A DNA stretch of 63,484 nucleotides, filler included, from Sphacelaria rigidula (lineage: Eukaryota): NCBI GenBank assembly GCA_964200075.2. It is 8 parts of 8 records of this genome, joined end to end, with 100 filler letters (N's around TTAATTAATTAA, not from the genome) between each part and the next. Parts side by side here need not be neighbours in the genome. Positions count along the whole stretch, not along the records: positions 31,793 to 39,640 come from CAXNAA020013251.1; positions 39,741 to 47,588 come from CAXNAA020013252.1; positions 47,689 to 55,536 come from CAXNAA020013253.1; 5 more parts are not named here. One strand, given 5' to 3'. The notes under the pieces are model-generated. The model ran no database searches and was not told where the DNA came from. It saw only the letters and a list, made by a program, of their open reading frames with translations. A program made the translations under genes and the position numbers. How positions within the stretch are numbered: the first letter of the stretch is position 1; each line of letters opens with the position of its first letter. Positions 37,927 to 50,795 of this stretch are shown here, piece after piece.

Positions 37927-38013
37927 GTGCTCCATCTCGAAAGGGATGCGTGGTCAATGGTCAAACGACTAAGGCAAGCAACAAATGAGTACGCCCCTCT
38001 CCCCCCCCGCCCC
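37927..38013 (+). mobile_element. 5'-truncated LINE 3' end in a C-tract
   Basis: C7-gtgctccatctcgaaagggatgcgtggtcaatggtcaaacgactaaggcaagcaacaaatgagtacg followed by a C-rich tail. Confidence 0.8.
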
Positions 38014-38079
38014 CGCAAAAAAACTCAAATTTTCGATCTCGGGGCCTACGTGTCCCGGACTCTGTTTCTTGCTGCCACC

Positions 38080-38400
38080 TGCAAGCACCGCAGAAGGAAG
38101 GTGGAGTACTAAAACCAAACAAATAATAATGAAACTCCCGTGTTGGCCCTCGCCTTGCGTGACCCCCGATGATGCACCCACATCCACACATATACTGAAA
38201 TCAGGTGTAGACTGCTGGAGTCCAGAATAGATGGGATGACAACACCCAAACGCACTCACTCCGCACTGCTCACCGACTGACACATACCGTACGTACCGAT
38301 GCCCATCGGAAAAGGAAGGTGGAGTACTGAAAACAAAATGAGAAACTCCGGGGTTGGCGTTCCTCCTGTGTTGCCAGGGTTGGCGCGCCCACACATGCCC
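38080..38400 (+). mobile_element. Two diverged SINE-A 3' fragments
   Basis: gcaagcaccgcagaaggaaggtggagtact...ccagaatagatgggatgacaacac (38080-38245) and a second partial copy at about 38305-38397. Confidence 0.7.
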
Positions 38401-38427
38401 CTACTCCAAGATAAACTGGGGTCCACT

Positions 38428-38853
38428 AACAGTGGATTCCCGCAAATGTGGTTGAAAAAATAGATGAGGTTCCACTCAAAAGCCGTGCTTTCCCTAACCA
38501 AAATTCATGACAAATGGCTTTCATATAATCAATCGACTTCATCCCTCCCGACCTCCCAAAAACTATTTTGGGGGATTTTTAGCCTTCCGTTCTCCCGAAG
38601 GGTATGCGCGAAAGCACACTTTTGCCTCGATTTCGGGTTGAATAAGGACCCTTCTTGGCCCAAAAATTATGCTTTCGCACATACCCTTTGGGGGAACGCA
38701 AGGCTAGAAATCCCCCGAAATAGTGTTGGGGAAGTCGGGACGGATGAGGCCGTCCATGTGAAAGTCATTTGTTATCAACTTAAATCAGGGAGAGCACGGC
38801 TTTTGAGTTGAACCTCATTTTGTTTTCAATCTCATTTTCGAGAATCCCCTGTT
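38428..38853. mobile_element. Foldback MITE (family M2) with a 4-bp flanking direct repeat CACT
   Basis: About 200-bp inverted arms, termini AACAG...CTGTT, CACT at 38424-38427 and 38854-38857; partial copy at 39165-39500. Confidence 0.85.
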
Positions 38854-39164
38854 CACTGTCAGTGCGAACAGGGGATGGTGGATGAAACTGAGCCATGTTT
38901 CTGTTGGCAGGTTCATATCCTACAAGCAGCGCTGCGGGAAATTCCATTTCTGCAGACGGATGTCAGCATAGATATACAACACACTGCTCCCCACCATCCC
39001 GGCTTATCTGCACCACCTGCATACAGCGCACACTTCTGTACCCATAACGAAATAGGAGAGAAATCGGATCTGCACATATTCACAAAAAGGTCCATATATA
39101 AAACCGTTGTCCTCGGCGATGTGTGCGATGCGAGTAATAATTACGACCGACCTAACCCCCCCCC

Positions 39165-39500
39165 CCCCCTCCCCCAGAATCTCCCTGAAACTATTTCGGG
39201 GGGTTTCAAGGCTTCCGTTCGCCCACAGGGCATGACCATGTGCAACATACCATTATCGGGCTAAGAAGCGCCCCCCTTTTCATCCCCAAATCGAGGCCAA
39301 AATGTGTTTTCGCACATACCCTCTGCGGGAACGGAAGGCTAGAAACCGCCCAAATAGATTCGTGGAGATTGGAGTGGATGAGGTCGTCCATATATGAAAG
39401 TAATATGTCACTACTTTAGGTCAGCAAAGCACTGGTTGAAGTTGAACTTCATTTTAATGTTCAACCTGGTTCAACCCCACTTCGCAGGATCCTCCGTTAT
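39165..39500. mobile_element. Partial M2 MITE copy
   Basis: gcacataccctctgcgggaacggaaggctagaaa...gttgaacttcatttt matches the right arm of 38428-38853. Confidence 0.7.
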
Positions 39501-40830
39501 GAGTGGTATATGGTCGGTGAGGTATCGTCGAACAACCCGGACACTTTTGAAGGGCTAACACCGCCACCCCCCCCTTGCCTGGTCCGGCGAGAATCCGGCG
39601 TGCTCCGTCCCGGCTTTGTAGGGGCGGACCCCCGATGGGGNNNNNNNNNNNNNNNNNNNNNNNNNNNNNNNNNNNNNNNNNNNNTTAATTAATTAANNNN
39701 NNNNNNNNNNNNNNNNNNNNNNNNNNNNNNNNNNNNNNNNGTTGCGTCGAAGATGGCCGATGGAAGAGACTGATTTCCCGTCACATGTGGGTACAATTTC
39801 CAAAAACAAGGGTACAATTGGGAGAAACGTAGTCACAGCAGGGTACACCGTGGCCGTCTACCTCCGCCGCGGGGTGAAAATGGTCGTTGGTCAATCAGCT
39901 GCTCTCATTTCTCCTCCAAACAAAGAGGGTACCCAGGTTTGTCGCCAATGCACCATGGTATACCCCACTGTGACGTTCGCCCTAAGTTGTTCTCTTCGCT
40001 GCTGCGAGGTCGCGAAGATGATTCTTGGTTCTGAGGGTTCGGTCGAAAATTCAAATTCTACACCTGTCGAACATTCCACATATCCGATGTATCAACCATC
40101 TGCACTATCAAGAGTCATTTATGGGTGTAATCTATTCTGAGGCCGATGAATAGGGGCGAGGTTTTCGCGTGTTGTGGAAGCCGGCGAGAGTTGGAGGCGC
40201 GCTTTTGCGCTCATAGCCCAAACCGTTGCCCCGATTACTCATCGCTAAGGCCATCGATTAGGATGCGATTTTTTGCATCATCTGTGCCAACACGACAGCT
40301 CCGACTTGACCGGATGATATTTTATTTCATCAGAAGGCGAGTTTTGTAACGAATTAGGTGGGAAAAAACGTCTTTTTTTTGCGATTTTCTCGATGACCGT
40401 AACTTCTTTGGTAGAACCACCCAGTCAGATTGTAGCTTGGACAAATTCACGCCGGTGGATAGCCGAGGCACGCCGTGGTTCGTGGTCCGTCCGGGACGAC
40501 GAAAGGGGGAAATCGCCGAATGGAAATCCCACTCGAATCACAAGTACTTTGGGGGATTTTACGGCGTGCATAATCAGGGCATGAACGAGATCTCCGGTCT
40601 GTTCGTGTTGTTGGTCGGTGGCACCTTTTTTGCTCATTATGGGGGGTCAGGCGCGCCCGAAACTGTGCTTGCAGAGTCCAGCCTGCAGTCGGAAATACAT
40701 TAGTACAAGGTTACAAGTACATCCTGCACTTGCACTGGATTTGCTAAGTACAGCCTGTGCTTGTAACCTCGTACTGTTAGCAAAATACACGGCCTGTATT
40801 TGTGTCGTTGTATCGTAGTTGCTTTGTCTT

Positions 40831-41166
40831 CTAGGATTCCAAAATTCATGGCAAACTTGAAGTGTGCCGCTTCATGAAACGCGTGACGTAATATGAAACG
40901 TTTCATGTAACGTGTGACGCCTAATGCACGTATAACTTGTGATGGACGTTACACGTTCCATGAAACGTTCCATATTACATTTTTTTAAACGTTTGAGCAA
41001 TTTAAAGTTAGCGTTACGTTTCGTGTGACACGTAAAAAAAATGTAGCGTCACATTAACGTTTCATTTGAAAAATTAACGTTACGTTCACATTGCGTTCAC
41101 GTTACGTTCATCACGCGGAAAAAAGTACGTGTAACGTTGTCGCACGTGTAACGTGTAGACTCCTAG
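40831..41166. repeat. ACGT-rich low-complexity array with short inverted ends (ctagga...tcctag)
   Basis: Dense AACGT/ACGTT/TAACG units. Confidence 0.55.
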
Positions 41167-43607
41167 AAAAACTCCGCAGCCGCGGAGTGGAGCTTGCTGC
41201 ATTAATATCCACTCAGTTTGGAATTCTGGCCCTGAATAAAACTGATGTTTCGCGAATTTCTATGCATCTGCGATTTTTGTCTGGACGCGTGTCAGGCAAG
41301 CGGAAGTTGTAGCTGCACTGTGCCGCAGCCCTGCAACGGACCTCTTCCGATGTAAATTATATATACGCAGAAATTCTTAGAATCGGTGTTGATTGCACAT
41401 AGGAGGTGCTCTATATTTCTTTCATACCGCAACAGACACGGGTTTCGAAAGCATCGGGTGCTGACCAAATCTATCCGTGATGAGGTAGTGATGAGACAAA
41501 ATGCGAGAAGGTGATGGTACGAGTACATCAATACCTCTGCGGAGGATGCCCCACGTGCATAGCGAGGAATGACTGTCACCCATGTGCGTAGAGGACGAAA
41601 CCCGCCTGTGCTCGACAACGCCTGAAAAGCACGCACACGGTAATCGTGGAAACCGGTAGAGCAAGGCAGCAAACCTACCTGTAATAGGGATGGTCCACAC
41701 CGCGCTACAAACACTGCCCGTTCGCACCTTTATAGGCCCAAACACATGTCTGCCGGCAAAAACCGTAACCATGAAAAATTACTAGAAATCAATTCAAACA
41801 CTTCTTTGATGTTCATTTGATGAGGATTGGTGATTATTTGCGTGTTGGTGTGGCTGTTTTGCTGATTGGTTGTTCGACTGGTTGCTTGATTATTCATTCC
41901 ATTTTTGTTGTGGGGAAACAAAAGCGAAGGAGTACTGCCGCATTCTCCCCGAAGTTCTACACTTTCGTTATTGCAAACTTTGCGAGCGATGGTGTTATTT
42001 TCCTGCGGCTGCCACCGATTTTGTTCTTCAAGCGAGTGTTGACCAAACCTGTGCACCATCGGTTTTCAAGATCAAGATATCTCTTAGAGAAGACGAAGCT
42101 TTGTCGCTACGTGCGGTACTCATTAGTCCAGCCATTGTCGGCTAGCTCCATGCTGCACTCACCTCATCTACTACTAAGACTGAAAGCCACAACATGTTTT
42201 GGTCATCTGTGCTGAAACACATCAAAATGCGTCGGTCATCTCTGACTCAATTCAACATGTTTGAGCCATCCATTCCAATCAAACTCAAAACATGTTTTGG
42301 TAGGGCTGTGAACTGGCAGCTGTGGACAGCGAAATTTAAACTGGCCGCTGACGCGGCCAGTACATTGGTCTTTTTCCAGTTGATCGCGCACCTCTTGCAC
42401 CAACGCCCCTCCCGGCTGGTGAGGGAGCTCCGCGGGAGCGCCGCCGGAGGGGAGAAGAAATTGCGGTATTCGGCTTGTTTTTCCTTCAAAACTTTTGAGA
42501 GTTGTAGAAAATGTGACCCTTCACATTGAGGAGCAAAGAGGCTCATATGAAATGAGAATCCCATTCAAAGCGGTGAGCTATTCGAAAATCATTCATCGGT
42601 AGGATGCAGCAGAAGAGGCTCCCCGTGAGGAGCGTGGAATGGGAACAAGGAAGCCAAGGCTGGCAGGACGTGGGAATAAGAGCACAATTTTTTTTACGTC
42701 CGGGCCGACAAACACGCATGTAGTTGAACGGCAAGCCATGGTGTATTTTGTGTTTTGTGGTCGCGGGTTACCGTTTGTTGTTTTTTTATTTGGGTGCCGT
42801 GCAATGAAACGACAAACCTTGGCAAATATTCACTATATCACTTCGAGGTGTAGCGAGCATGTGCAACATCGCATACAAAACGCTCATCATGCCATTAGCA
42901 ATTGGCAATTGAGGTTTGGCGTTCGGCAGTTCCGCATCAAGCGTCCTGCCGTATGTAAGTCACGACACCTTTTTATTTTTTATCTTCGTCGTTCGACGGA
43001 CCAGCTACGGCCGAAAATAACGGAAAACTGCAGATTAACGAGGTTCCAACAAAGCAGACGGGACGAAAAAAGCAGGGAACACCTGAAGTAGTCAGCTAGT
43101 GACTGGCCCAGGGCAAACCCGTTCTTCATGTGCCATCTTACTACCACAGAACGTCAACTATGCTGTACAAGCGACCGAAACATGGAAGACGAAGCATAAA
43201 TGAGCCTGTGCCGCTGCTTCACGCGTCATTGTCGCAAACAATTTCCGTCGACCCCTCCGAAGCGCCCTCCGTCTCAACTGGTACCGCATATTTCTCTACA
43301 ACGGTAAAATACAGGCCTCAATTGTACAGTCAAGTTGTATATGATGGTGTAATAGTCTTTGTTATAAACTCACCATACTGAAATTGGTATAGAAATAGCC
43401 GGTGACGGCAAGCCTAAAAAAAACTGGAAAAACTGGCGCCCTCGTCGCCAGTTTCACTTCAAATCCAGTTCCAGGTTAATCGACAGTATAAGCTGGTCAC
43501 AGCCCTATGCTTTGGCAAGCAATCCCAGCACTACAAACAGCAAACAAGAGGTGCCATTTTATCACTCCAGTGGGTGATTGACGCCAGAGTAACACAGGAA
43601 TTCGCAC

Positions 43608-43719
43608 CTCCTCTTGCTTCCGAATGTCGTAGGAGTCTTTTCCGTCATCTCTCATCTTCTGCACCCTGGCTTCATTTTCCTTCGCCTCTGTCTCGTAGCT
43701 TGCAAGTTCCTTTACCAGC
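43608..43719 (-). CDS. TBCA: Tubulin-specific chaperone A, internal exon
   Basis: cag|G CTG...GAG|gtgcga: RLVKELASYETEAKENEARVQKMRDDGKDSYDIRKQEE matches the TBCA pattern. Possible upstream exons near 43900-44025 are not firmly resolved, and the downstream exon was not located. Confidence 0.8.
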
Positions 43720-46462
43720 CTGCCCGCGCATGGTTTAAAGCATAACAGACCCCGCTCCAATGAACTACAACGAAAGGGTTTGTGAAGGGCCCCGCCCGGT
43801 CTGAAAGACCACCGGACGAGAGATTCTGCATGCCAAGTCTTTGCGGGCGTGGATGGGTGGTGTTTTGATTTATATCGGAGGTTGGCAGCAAATTCTCCCT
43901 CACCTCGGACAGCCAACTGAGCGGAGCAAGCACACGAAAAAGACACACATCCAAGCAACGCGCATGGAACCGCAGTGGTGAAGCTGTCCTTCTGGCTAAC
44001 CCTTGTTGTCTGACGAGGAGCTCATGGCATTAAGAGCTGGGGAAGGGAGGGCGACCTCGGTCGGCTTTTGCGGTTTGAGCATATTGGCGAGAAAATGTCT
44101 CATAGTTCCACCCGATCAACCATGTCTACCAACAAAACTCGTGACAGCCATTCTCGTGTAGCGCCTGAGCGGCTCACTATCCTAGTGGACATCTACTCCT
44201 ACACTACAGATATCCTGCGACTACTACAGTGGGACGGACCATCAGGGGCCGGATTACAGTAGTGATCGAATCATAACCATGCGCACATGGTGGGTAGAAG
44301 GGTCGCAATCTCTATGAACAAAGAGAAACGTACCCATGCGGTAAATCAAAAGGCGATACCCAATCAAGATCAGACTCGTTCCGTGGCAGAAAACTCAGCA
44401 CGAATGGTTCCCCGACCCTTGGGGCACAGTACATGCGCCGCAAGACCAGATTAACCATCATCGCAGCTCCTTGAACTAGATAGTCTCGCCCTCAATTTAT
44501 CGAAAACTGTGGCAGTGACAGCGCTGAAAGACGTCCTCTGGAAATTCGTTGTGGAAATCGTTTGACCAATAGGCAATTTCGGGTGCGCAGCGCCTTTCAT
44601 CTCGAGAAATAGCTCAAAACACTTCTCACTAGACAGTAAAGAGGGGGTGTTATACATCGTACACAAACGATACCGATCAGCCGTCTCAATATCTACCCAT
44701 TGCATGTGTACAGCGGGTACTGCGACGATACAGCAGAAGCAACAGGGGTTATTCAGTAGAGTTCAACCACACTCGGTCCATGTAGATGATCCTATGACGC
44801 AGCGCAGTGCGGTATGGCACAGCATGGCCCATCGCGGTCCTAAACTTCGAGAACTATAGAGGATGACGCGAGATCACCCACCTTTTGCAGACGCCGACCT
44901 TGATCTTGAGTTGACGCGCAACATCGGCCATGATTGGAGGGAGGAAGATGAACAACGGGCGCTTCCGTGCAAGGGGGCAAATTAACAATCAGTCCTTCTC
45001 GACGTACATCAATAGACGGGATGTTTATATTTGCACGGAGACACGGAATAGCTTCTGTAAGATACTGGTTTCCGAACGTTTGTCATGCTCCAGGATATGC
45101 GGCGCGACCTACAACGCCGTAGTTACTTCCCAGCATCAGCTCCTCTCGTTCGGTTGCTACATGTACACATTACAACAACGAGTTGAAGGTAGATACTACT
45201 TTGCTCAAGCTATAGTGTGAAGCACTCATCCAGCATTATGAAGATTTCCCGAGCAATCACGGCGTTCGGGCTGGTGGCGGCCTCCCAAGCCAAAGTCGTG
45301 AGTTCACTTTCCGTGCACGAAGATACGAATATGACAAACCCCCTGCAAGAATGCCCTGGGGTTTGGCGCACGCGATCATCTTGTCGGAAAAACGCAACTA
45401 TCTCGGCAAATAGTGTACGGTGTGTCGTTGGGAAGGTCTTGGGGGGATCTATCGATCGAAACACCTTCCGTCACCAGAAGAACTCTGGTTTGTCAAGATA
45501 GTCAACTGCTTGTTCGCAAAAGCATTGCACACCACCACCGGCTCCACGTTCTCAAGGGTTCGAGGGACCATGTACGTACTCGGACGACGAGGGCGGTACA
45601 GTCACAATACAGTGCAGGTATACGATACGAGTGCTGCACACTATAACGTTTAGTGCCGTATGCCACACAGAGATTCGCCACGCCCTCAGGCGAGAGCTCG
45701 TGCATGAATAACAAGGCCAACTTAACTCGATTTGATCTGGTGTACTGCAGTAGGATTGAGTAGAATACAATAAGGGCATCTATTACCGGCACACTTTTTC
45801 CGGAGATCGCCAAGATTTCAGGCGTTTTCGCACCTGATGCTTGGCGTTCCCCAAAAATGAAGATCTAGATCTTTCCGCCAAGCCTTCACGTTTGGCGAAC
45901 GCCGAATGTTTCGGACCGCAGCGCTATACTCCGCATGCCCTTGGCGCACGCCGTGGCGCTCGCAAGCATGCGAGAATCATCAGGAACCTTGCTAGAGACA
46001 CCCTGGGCTTTGTCGTAGAGTGTAAAGCACCACGGGTTGGCGGTATCTATCTCCTGAAACGATGTATGCCCCGGCAGCGGTGTTGGAGCTGTTGGGATCA
46101 AGCACGGTGGTCGTCGTTTGCACACATAACCACTTTTGAAGTGAAGAGCAGAAACAATCCAGTAGCTACCTACTTGCCTACGGTGCTGCTACGAGTGTAC
46201 GCTACCGCACCGTCTGGAAAGTGTGTAGCCGGCGGTTTTATTGGGTGTGTCTGCGAATGCAACTCACAGAAAGCAAGCATGCTGCAATCTATGAACGGGG
46301 CTTTCTACAGTCGTTATTTTTACTCATGTGTGCTGCTGCAGCATCCCGAGAGAGCCCGTCGATCATGCCCTAGCCTGCCCGACTGCGCCCCCGTGTCACA
46401 GAGAAGTCGCGAGAAAAATATTTACCACAGTTATGAACGCCATACGCGAGCAGGTAGCATAA

Positions 46463-46905
46463 AACAGTCCATCATCGAAATTGAGGATGGAGCTTCCCAT
46501 TAAGGCTGAGAACCCGGAGGTTTGAAATCTTCGTATCCACACGAATTCTCCGAAATATGGTTGAATTTCTTCACCTACTGGTAGCTATTGGTAAGTACTG
46601 CACGTCATGCAAACTTGGATTTCGATAGCCAAAGTATTGAGGTCCCATGTGAAAAACTAATTTTGGGGAATTTTGGCGATCCGATCGGATCTCGAGGATT
46701 CCCCTAAACATGTCTTCATCTAGGACCCCGACATTTCGGTTATTGAAATCAAAATTCGTGAGGCGTGTAGCAATTGCCATTAACTATCAGTAGGTGAAGG
46801 AATAGAGCCATGTTTCGGAAATTTCGTGTGGATACGAAGATTTTAATCCTCCGGGTTCTTATCCTCAATGTAAAGCTCCATCCTCAATTTCGATGATCGG
46901 CTGTT
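46463..46905. mobile_element. Foldback MITE (family M1)
   Basis: About 130-bp inverted arms with AACAG...CTGTT termini; flanks ATAA/GTAA; homologous to 5637-5942. Confidence 0.85.
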
Positions 46906-47688
46906 GTAACCTTGTCCTTTATTTTGCCGGCGATGGGAAGTGAACGACGAGATCAGCACCATCTGTAACGGGATATCTAAGAGCAACAGTAGATCTACAT
47001 AATACTGAGCCTAAGGCGATTGCCAAGATTTCAGACCTTCTCCCGTTTTTTGTATTTGTCGATAATAAAGGCCCTACACAACTGATTCTCAAAAATGGGG
47101 TTGAGCACTTAAGTGGGGTTCAAGTGGCATGACTATTTTTCAGGAATGGTGCGGAGCACTTACACCAAGGGGAAGCACCTCCCCCCCCCAAACATTCTGA
47201 AGCAGTTACGAAGCAAATGTGGCTAGGTGCACCGAACGAATGCGGTGTACACGCGTGTCGATGACGACATCACCAGAGAGAAGAACAGCGGCGGAGAGGA
47301 AGCTTCTCTCCGGTGTCCTTTGTGCGTCCTCGCTCGGCGATTCCCAATCGCTCGAGAGATCGACATCATGTTACCATCACATGCCTAAGCTGCCATGTGT
47401 CGGTAGGTGGGTTATTGTAGCACAGCCCCGGGAATAAGATCGCGATGCCCACGGTCGTCGTCTCCCGTCTGTGGCGCTGACCAATTCAAAATATCGATTT
47501 CTATCTACCTCTCTGTTTGGACAGGAAGTGCCTCAGTGCGCAGTCGAACACGTCGTCGAAAAGCAGGGCGGTGTTCCCATCGCCGCTANNNNNNNNNNNN
47601 NNNNNNNNNNNNNNNNNNNNNNNNNNNNNNNNTTAATTAATTAANNNNNNNNNNNNNNNNNNNNNNNNNNNNNNNNNNNNNNNNNNNN

Positions 47689-47803
47689 GGGGCGTACTCA
47701 TTTGTTGCTTGCCTTAGTCATTTGACCATTGACCACGCATCCCTTTCGAGACAGAGCACCGTTCCTACTCCTAATAGAGACACGGAAATCGGGGGGGGGG
47801 GGG
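47689..47803 (-). mobile_element. 5'-truncated LINE 3' end, with C-runs on the element strand at both ends
   Basis: The reverse complement reads C13-gatttcc-gtgtctctattaggagtaggaacggtgc...aaggcaagcaacaaatgagtacgcccc at the contig edge. Confidence 0.8.
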
Positions 47804-48154
47804 AACTGTCGCATTGCGGACCTTGATTATTCGGCGCATTGATGTGAATCAAAATCATATTTGGGATCGTCATGGTCCTGACATCCCCAGCTGCACAACT
47901 ATACCGTTGCTGTGCTCGTCTAGAGCACTTACTCTGTCGGGTATCTGGGCTAAACATCGCCAACAATGTGCCAGATATTCACCACCTTGCTTCAGTGTAC
48001 CGCCACATTCGCCAATTTCTCGTAACATGAAAAAGCGTGATAAAAACGCCTTCCATGCTGAATGCATTGTGGTCGTTTCACATAAACTGCAAAACACAGG
48101 TGCAAATCGAAAGCTAGGAAACTCGGCTTCTGAAGCAAGCTTTCAGCCATTAAC

Positions 48155-49509
48155 CTGAGTTCCTCAGCAGACTCCTGCCAAGCAACGGCGGCCCTAACAG
48201 CCTCTCCATGCGCGAGCCTCTCTCCTCTGAGCCGCCGAAACGCCTCACGCAGCCGACACAGACGCTCTCGCGCTGCCGCAGAGTTCTCCCGTCCGTTCTC
48301 CACCGTTCTCGACAACACCTCCGCGAGGCGTAGGCTCGACTCCCGCACAGCCGCCTGGTCTTTCAAGGCTGCCGCACCCTCAGCCCGCAGGTTGGATGCT
48401 TGCCGCCGCAGTGTTCGCACGTCGAACCCAGGCGGCGGCGGGCGCCAAGGAGCTTCAAGCGGGGCAGTTGGGGGAACAGGTGGCAGAGGATCCTGGTGGG
48501 GCAGTGAGGGGTGTGGGAGGGCGGGGGGGGGCACTCATGATTTTGCGTACCGTGGTCACAAGATCATTCACGTCGTATCCCTACAAAGTCGGGAAGGAGC
48601 ACCCTGGGGATTTGCCGGAAAATGCTGGCGGGAGGAGGAGCATTGTGGACCAGCCGTTAATTCACAGAAAAACAGGGGGAGAATAATGCCGTACACAACG
48701 CGTTGACATTTCATGTACATGGTACACGTATAACAACTTCGCGCACAAGCTTTGCTGTGAATTCATGAACCCCTTGCCTCCCCCACGAGCCCGTGATTGG
48801 AGCTCTGATTCGCCTCACTGCTCTTGTGCTTTGACTACTCCTTGTCGTGTAGGGCGCGGGTTGGGTGGGGAGGAGGGGGCGAGCGTTATTTGAGGAGGAA
48901 TGGAAGTCGAGGTCTTCATGAATGTCCCGGTTCATTTTTCACTGCCGAAGAATTTTGAGTGTTATTCTGCTCGTGGACCGAATCTCAAGAGGGTTTTGCA
49001 GCACAGCGAATTCTCCACCTTAAGATCAATCATTCGCAGGAATATCCCTGGAATTGACTGTTTCAGGTGTGAATTTTTATGCTCATCTAGAAACACATTT
49101 TTCAAGGGGCCCAACAGATGCACAGAAAAGGCTCGAATTGTTTTTTCTTCGGCAACTGGAAAAAGCTCTTCGGGAAAGCACAGCACTGCGCCCGGTACAA
49201 TGCGGGGGAATAGCCGAGCGATCTAAACTAATAGTCAGTGTAAGCCATGCTCAAGAGCAAGTGCAAGGGACGGACGGCCCAGGCAAAAAAGCAGGCACAG
49301 CGACTGACTCTATCGACTGGGGGGCATACAGTTGATCATTAATACACGCGCAGACGAAAAACATAACGATAAGCGAAGTTACACTGTCCTGCTTCGGCAC
49401 AAAAAAACGAACAAAAAAGGCGACGGCACCAAGGCTCGACAAACACAGACTCTCGCAAACATACATCATCACACGCACACGCACACGCACATACGCATAC
49501 GCGCGCGCG

Positions 49510-49540
<31 letters not shown>

Positions 49541-49767
49541 AAATGTTGTCCCCCTTGCAGAGAACAATTGCATAGGCAGCAGACACTCGCCTCTTGCAAG
49601 GGGATGGGCTCAAAAGGTCCGAGCACGTCACGCTCGTCCCCCACGAGCCCAACTTCAGTAGCGCATGCTTCAGCTACCGCCGCCACGTCTAGTGCGCGGG
49701 AAAACCCTTCCGCCTCCGCCGCCGTACCGCGAGAACGCCTTCCCGGCGATGTCGTCGGCGAGGGCAC
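48155..49767 (-). CDS. Uncharacterised protein with Pro-rich and coiled-coil segments, two exons, frameshift at a homopolymer
   Basis: Exon 49767-49591 (GC donor GAG|gcgagt) and exon 48580-48155; the frame switches at the G9 run 48523-48531. Confidence 0.45.
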
Positions 49768-50477
49768 CTTACAGGCAAGCAGCAGAACGAGGGAGGTATT
49801 GCGGAAGTGTAAGCTCCTTTAGGTGTCAGATGTCAGAAACCGATCGTATGGCGGTTATGGACAACGACCAATGTAAATGAACAATATGCCGTGAGCCAGA
49901 GGTTGAGGACGACCGAATGCATGGTATGCTGTCATCGGAGTCGAGGGTATCCGGAACGGAAAAAATAGCAGCGGACACAGGTGCTTCGCAGAGGTTTAAT
50001 TCTGAGCCCTAGCCCCAGGTCAAAACACTCAACGTAAGTAGAGAGTTTTCGCGAAGACCATCCGCCTACCTCATGAGTATTGTGCGAAGACGTGTACACT
50101 CGCCGTCGTTCAAAAAGCTGAGGTGTCGAGTATTCGGCGTTTCATTACAGTCACACAGGTATTTAATGGTTATCCTCATGGCTGTAGAATTTCAGTGGCA
50201 AAACACGTACAATACATCATGTCTGGCGAACCAAAATGGAGCAGCCAGCAGGAAACGTTCCCAAGGAGCCCGGTAATTATGGCACACCAGTACATCGATT
50301 GTTCTGTTCCGTGCCGTGCCGCTTCCTGGCATTCCGTCGGGCGTGTGTGGAGGATTTCACCGGCCCTCAACGGACCATAGGCCCCATCTATCGTGGATGC
50401 TTTTCCCGCCTACGAATATTCCAGGAAATTGACGGGCTGTGGTAGTGCTGGTCCGATGCTCGATGACGGGCACCGGG

Positions 50478-50795
50478 GCAGAGATGGGTCGATCCGTGGA
50501 GACTGCAGACTCGTCCCGAGGAAGAGGGTGGGTGTACTCATGATCATGCATGCCATAGTATTCAGACCATTGACGTCGCATCCCTGGAAGGGGGTGGGGG
50601 GGGGTTGAAGCTACTACTCATGCCTTAGTTCGCAAGATATAAGAGTTTCAAACCGTTTTGAGGACACAGCGCAGTGACATTCCTACGCGCACACATTATT
50701 TTCCCCTAGAAACACTACTGTGACATCACCATTTCCCCCCTCACGAGCTTGGTCTGATGACTATGGCATGCATGATCATGAGTACACCCCCCCGC
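50478..50795. repeat. SINE-B tail + module X, with an inverted module-X copy
   Basis: 50478-50530 SINE-B tail; gggtgtactcatgatcatgcatgccatagt at about 50530-50560 with its reverse complement at about 50760-50790. Confidence 0.65.

Noticed and set aside
39552-39640. Twister ribozyme (gctaacaccgcc...cctggtcc)
   Set aside because: Superficial resemblance only; the conserved loop (GUnnCAAGC) and the P1/P2 closing strands cannot be placed.
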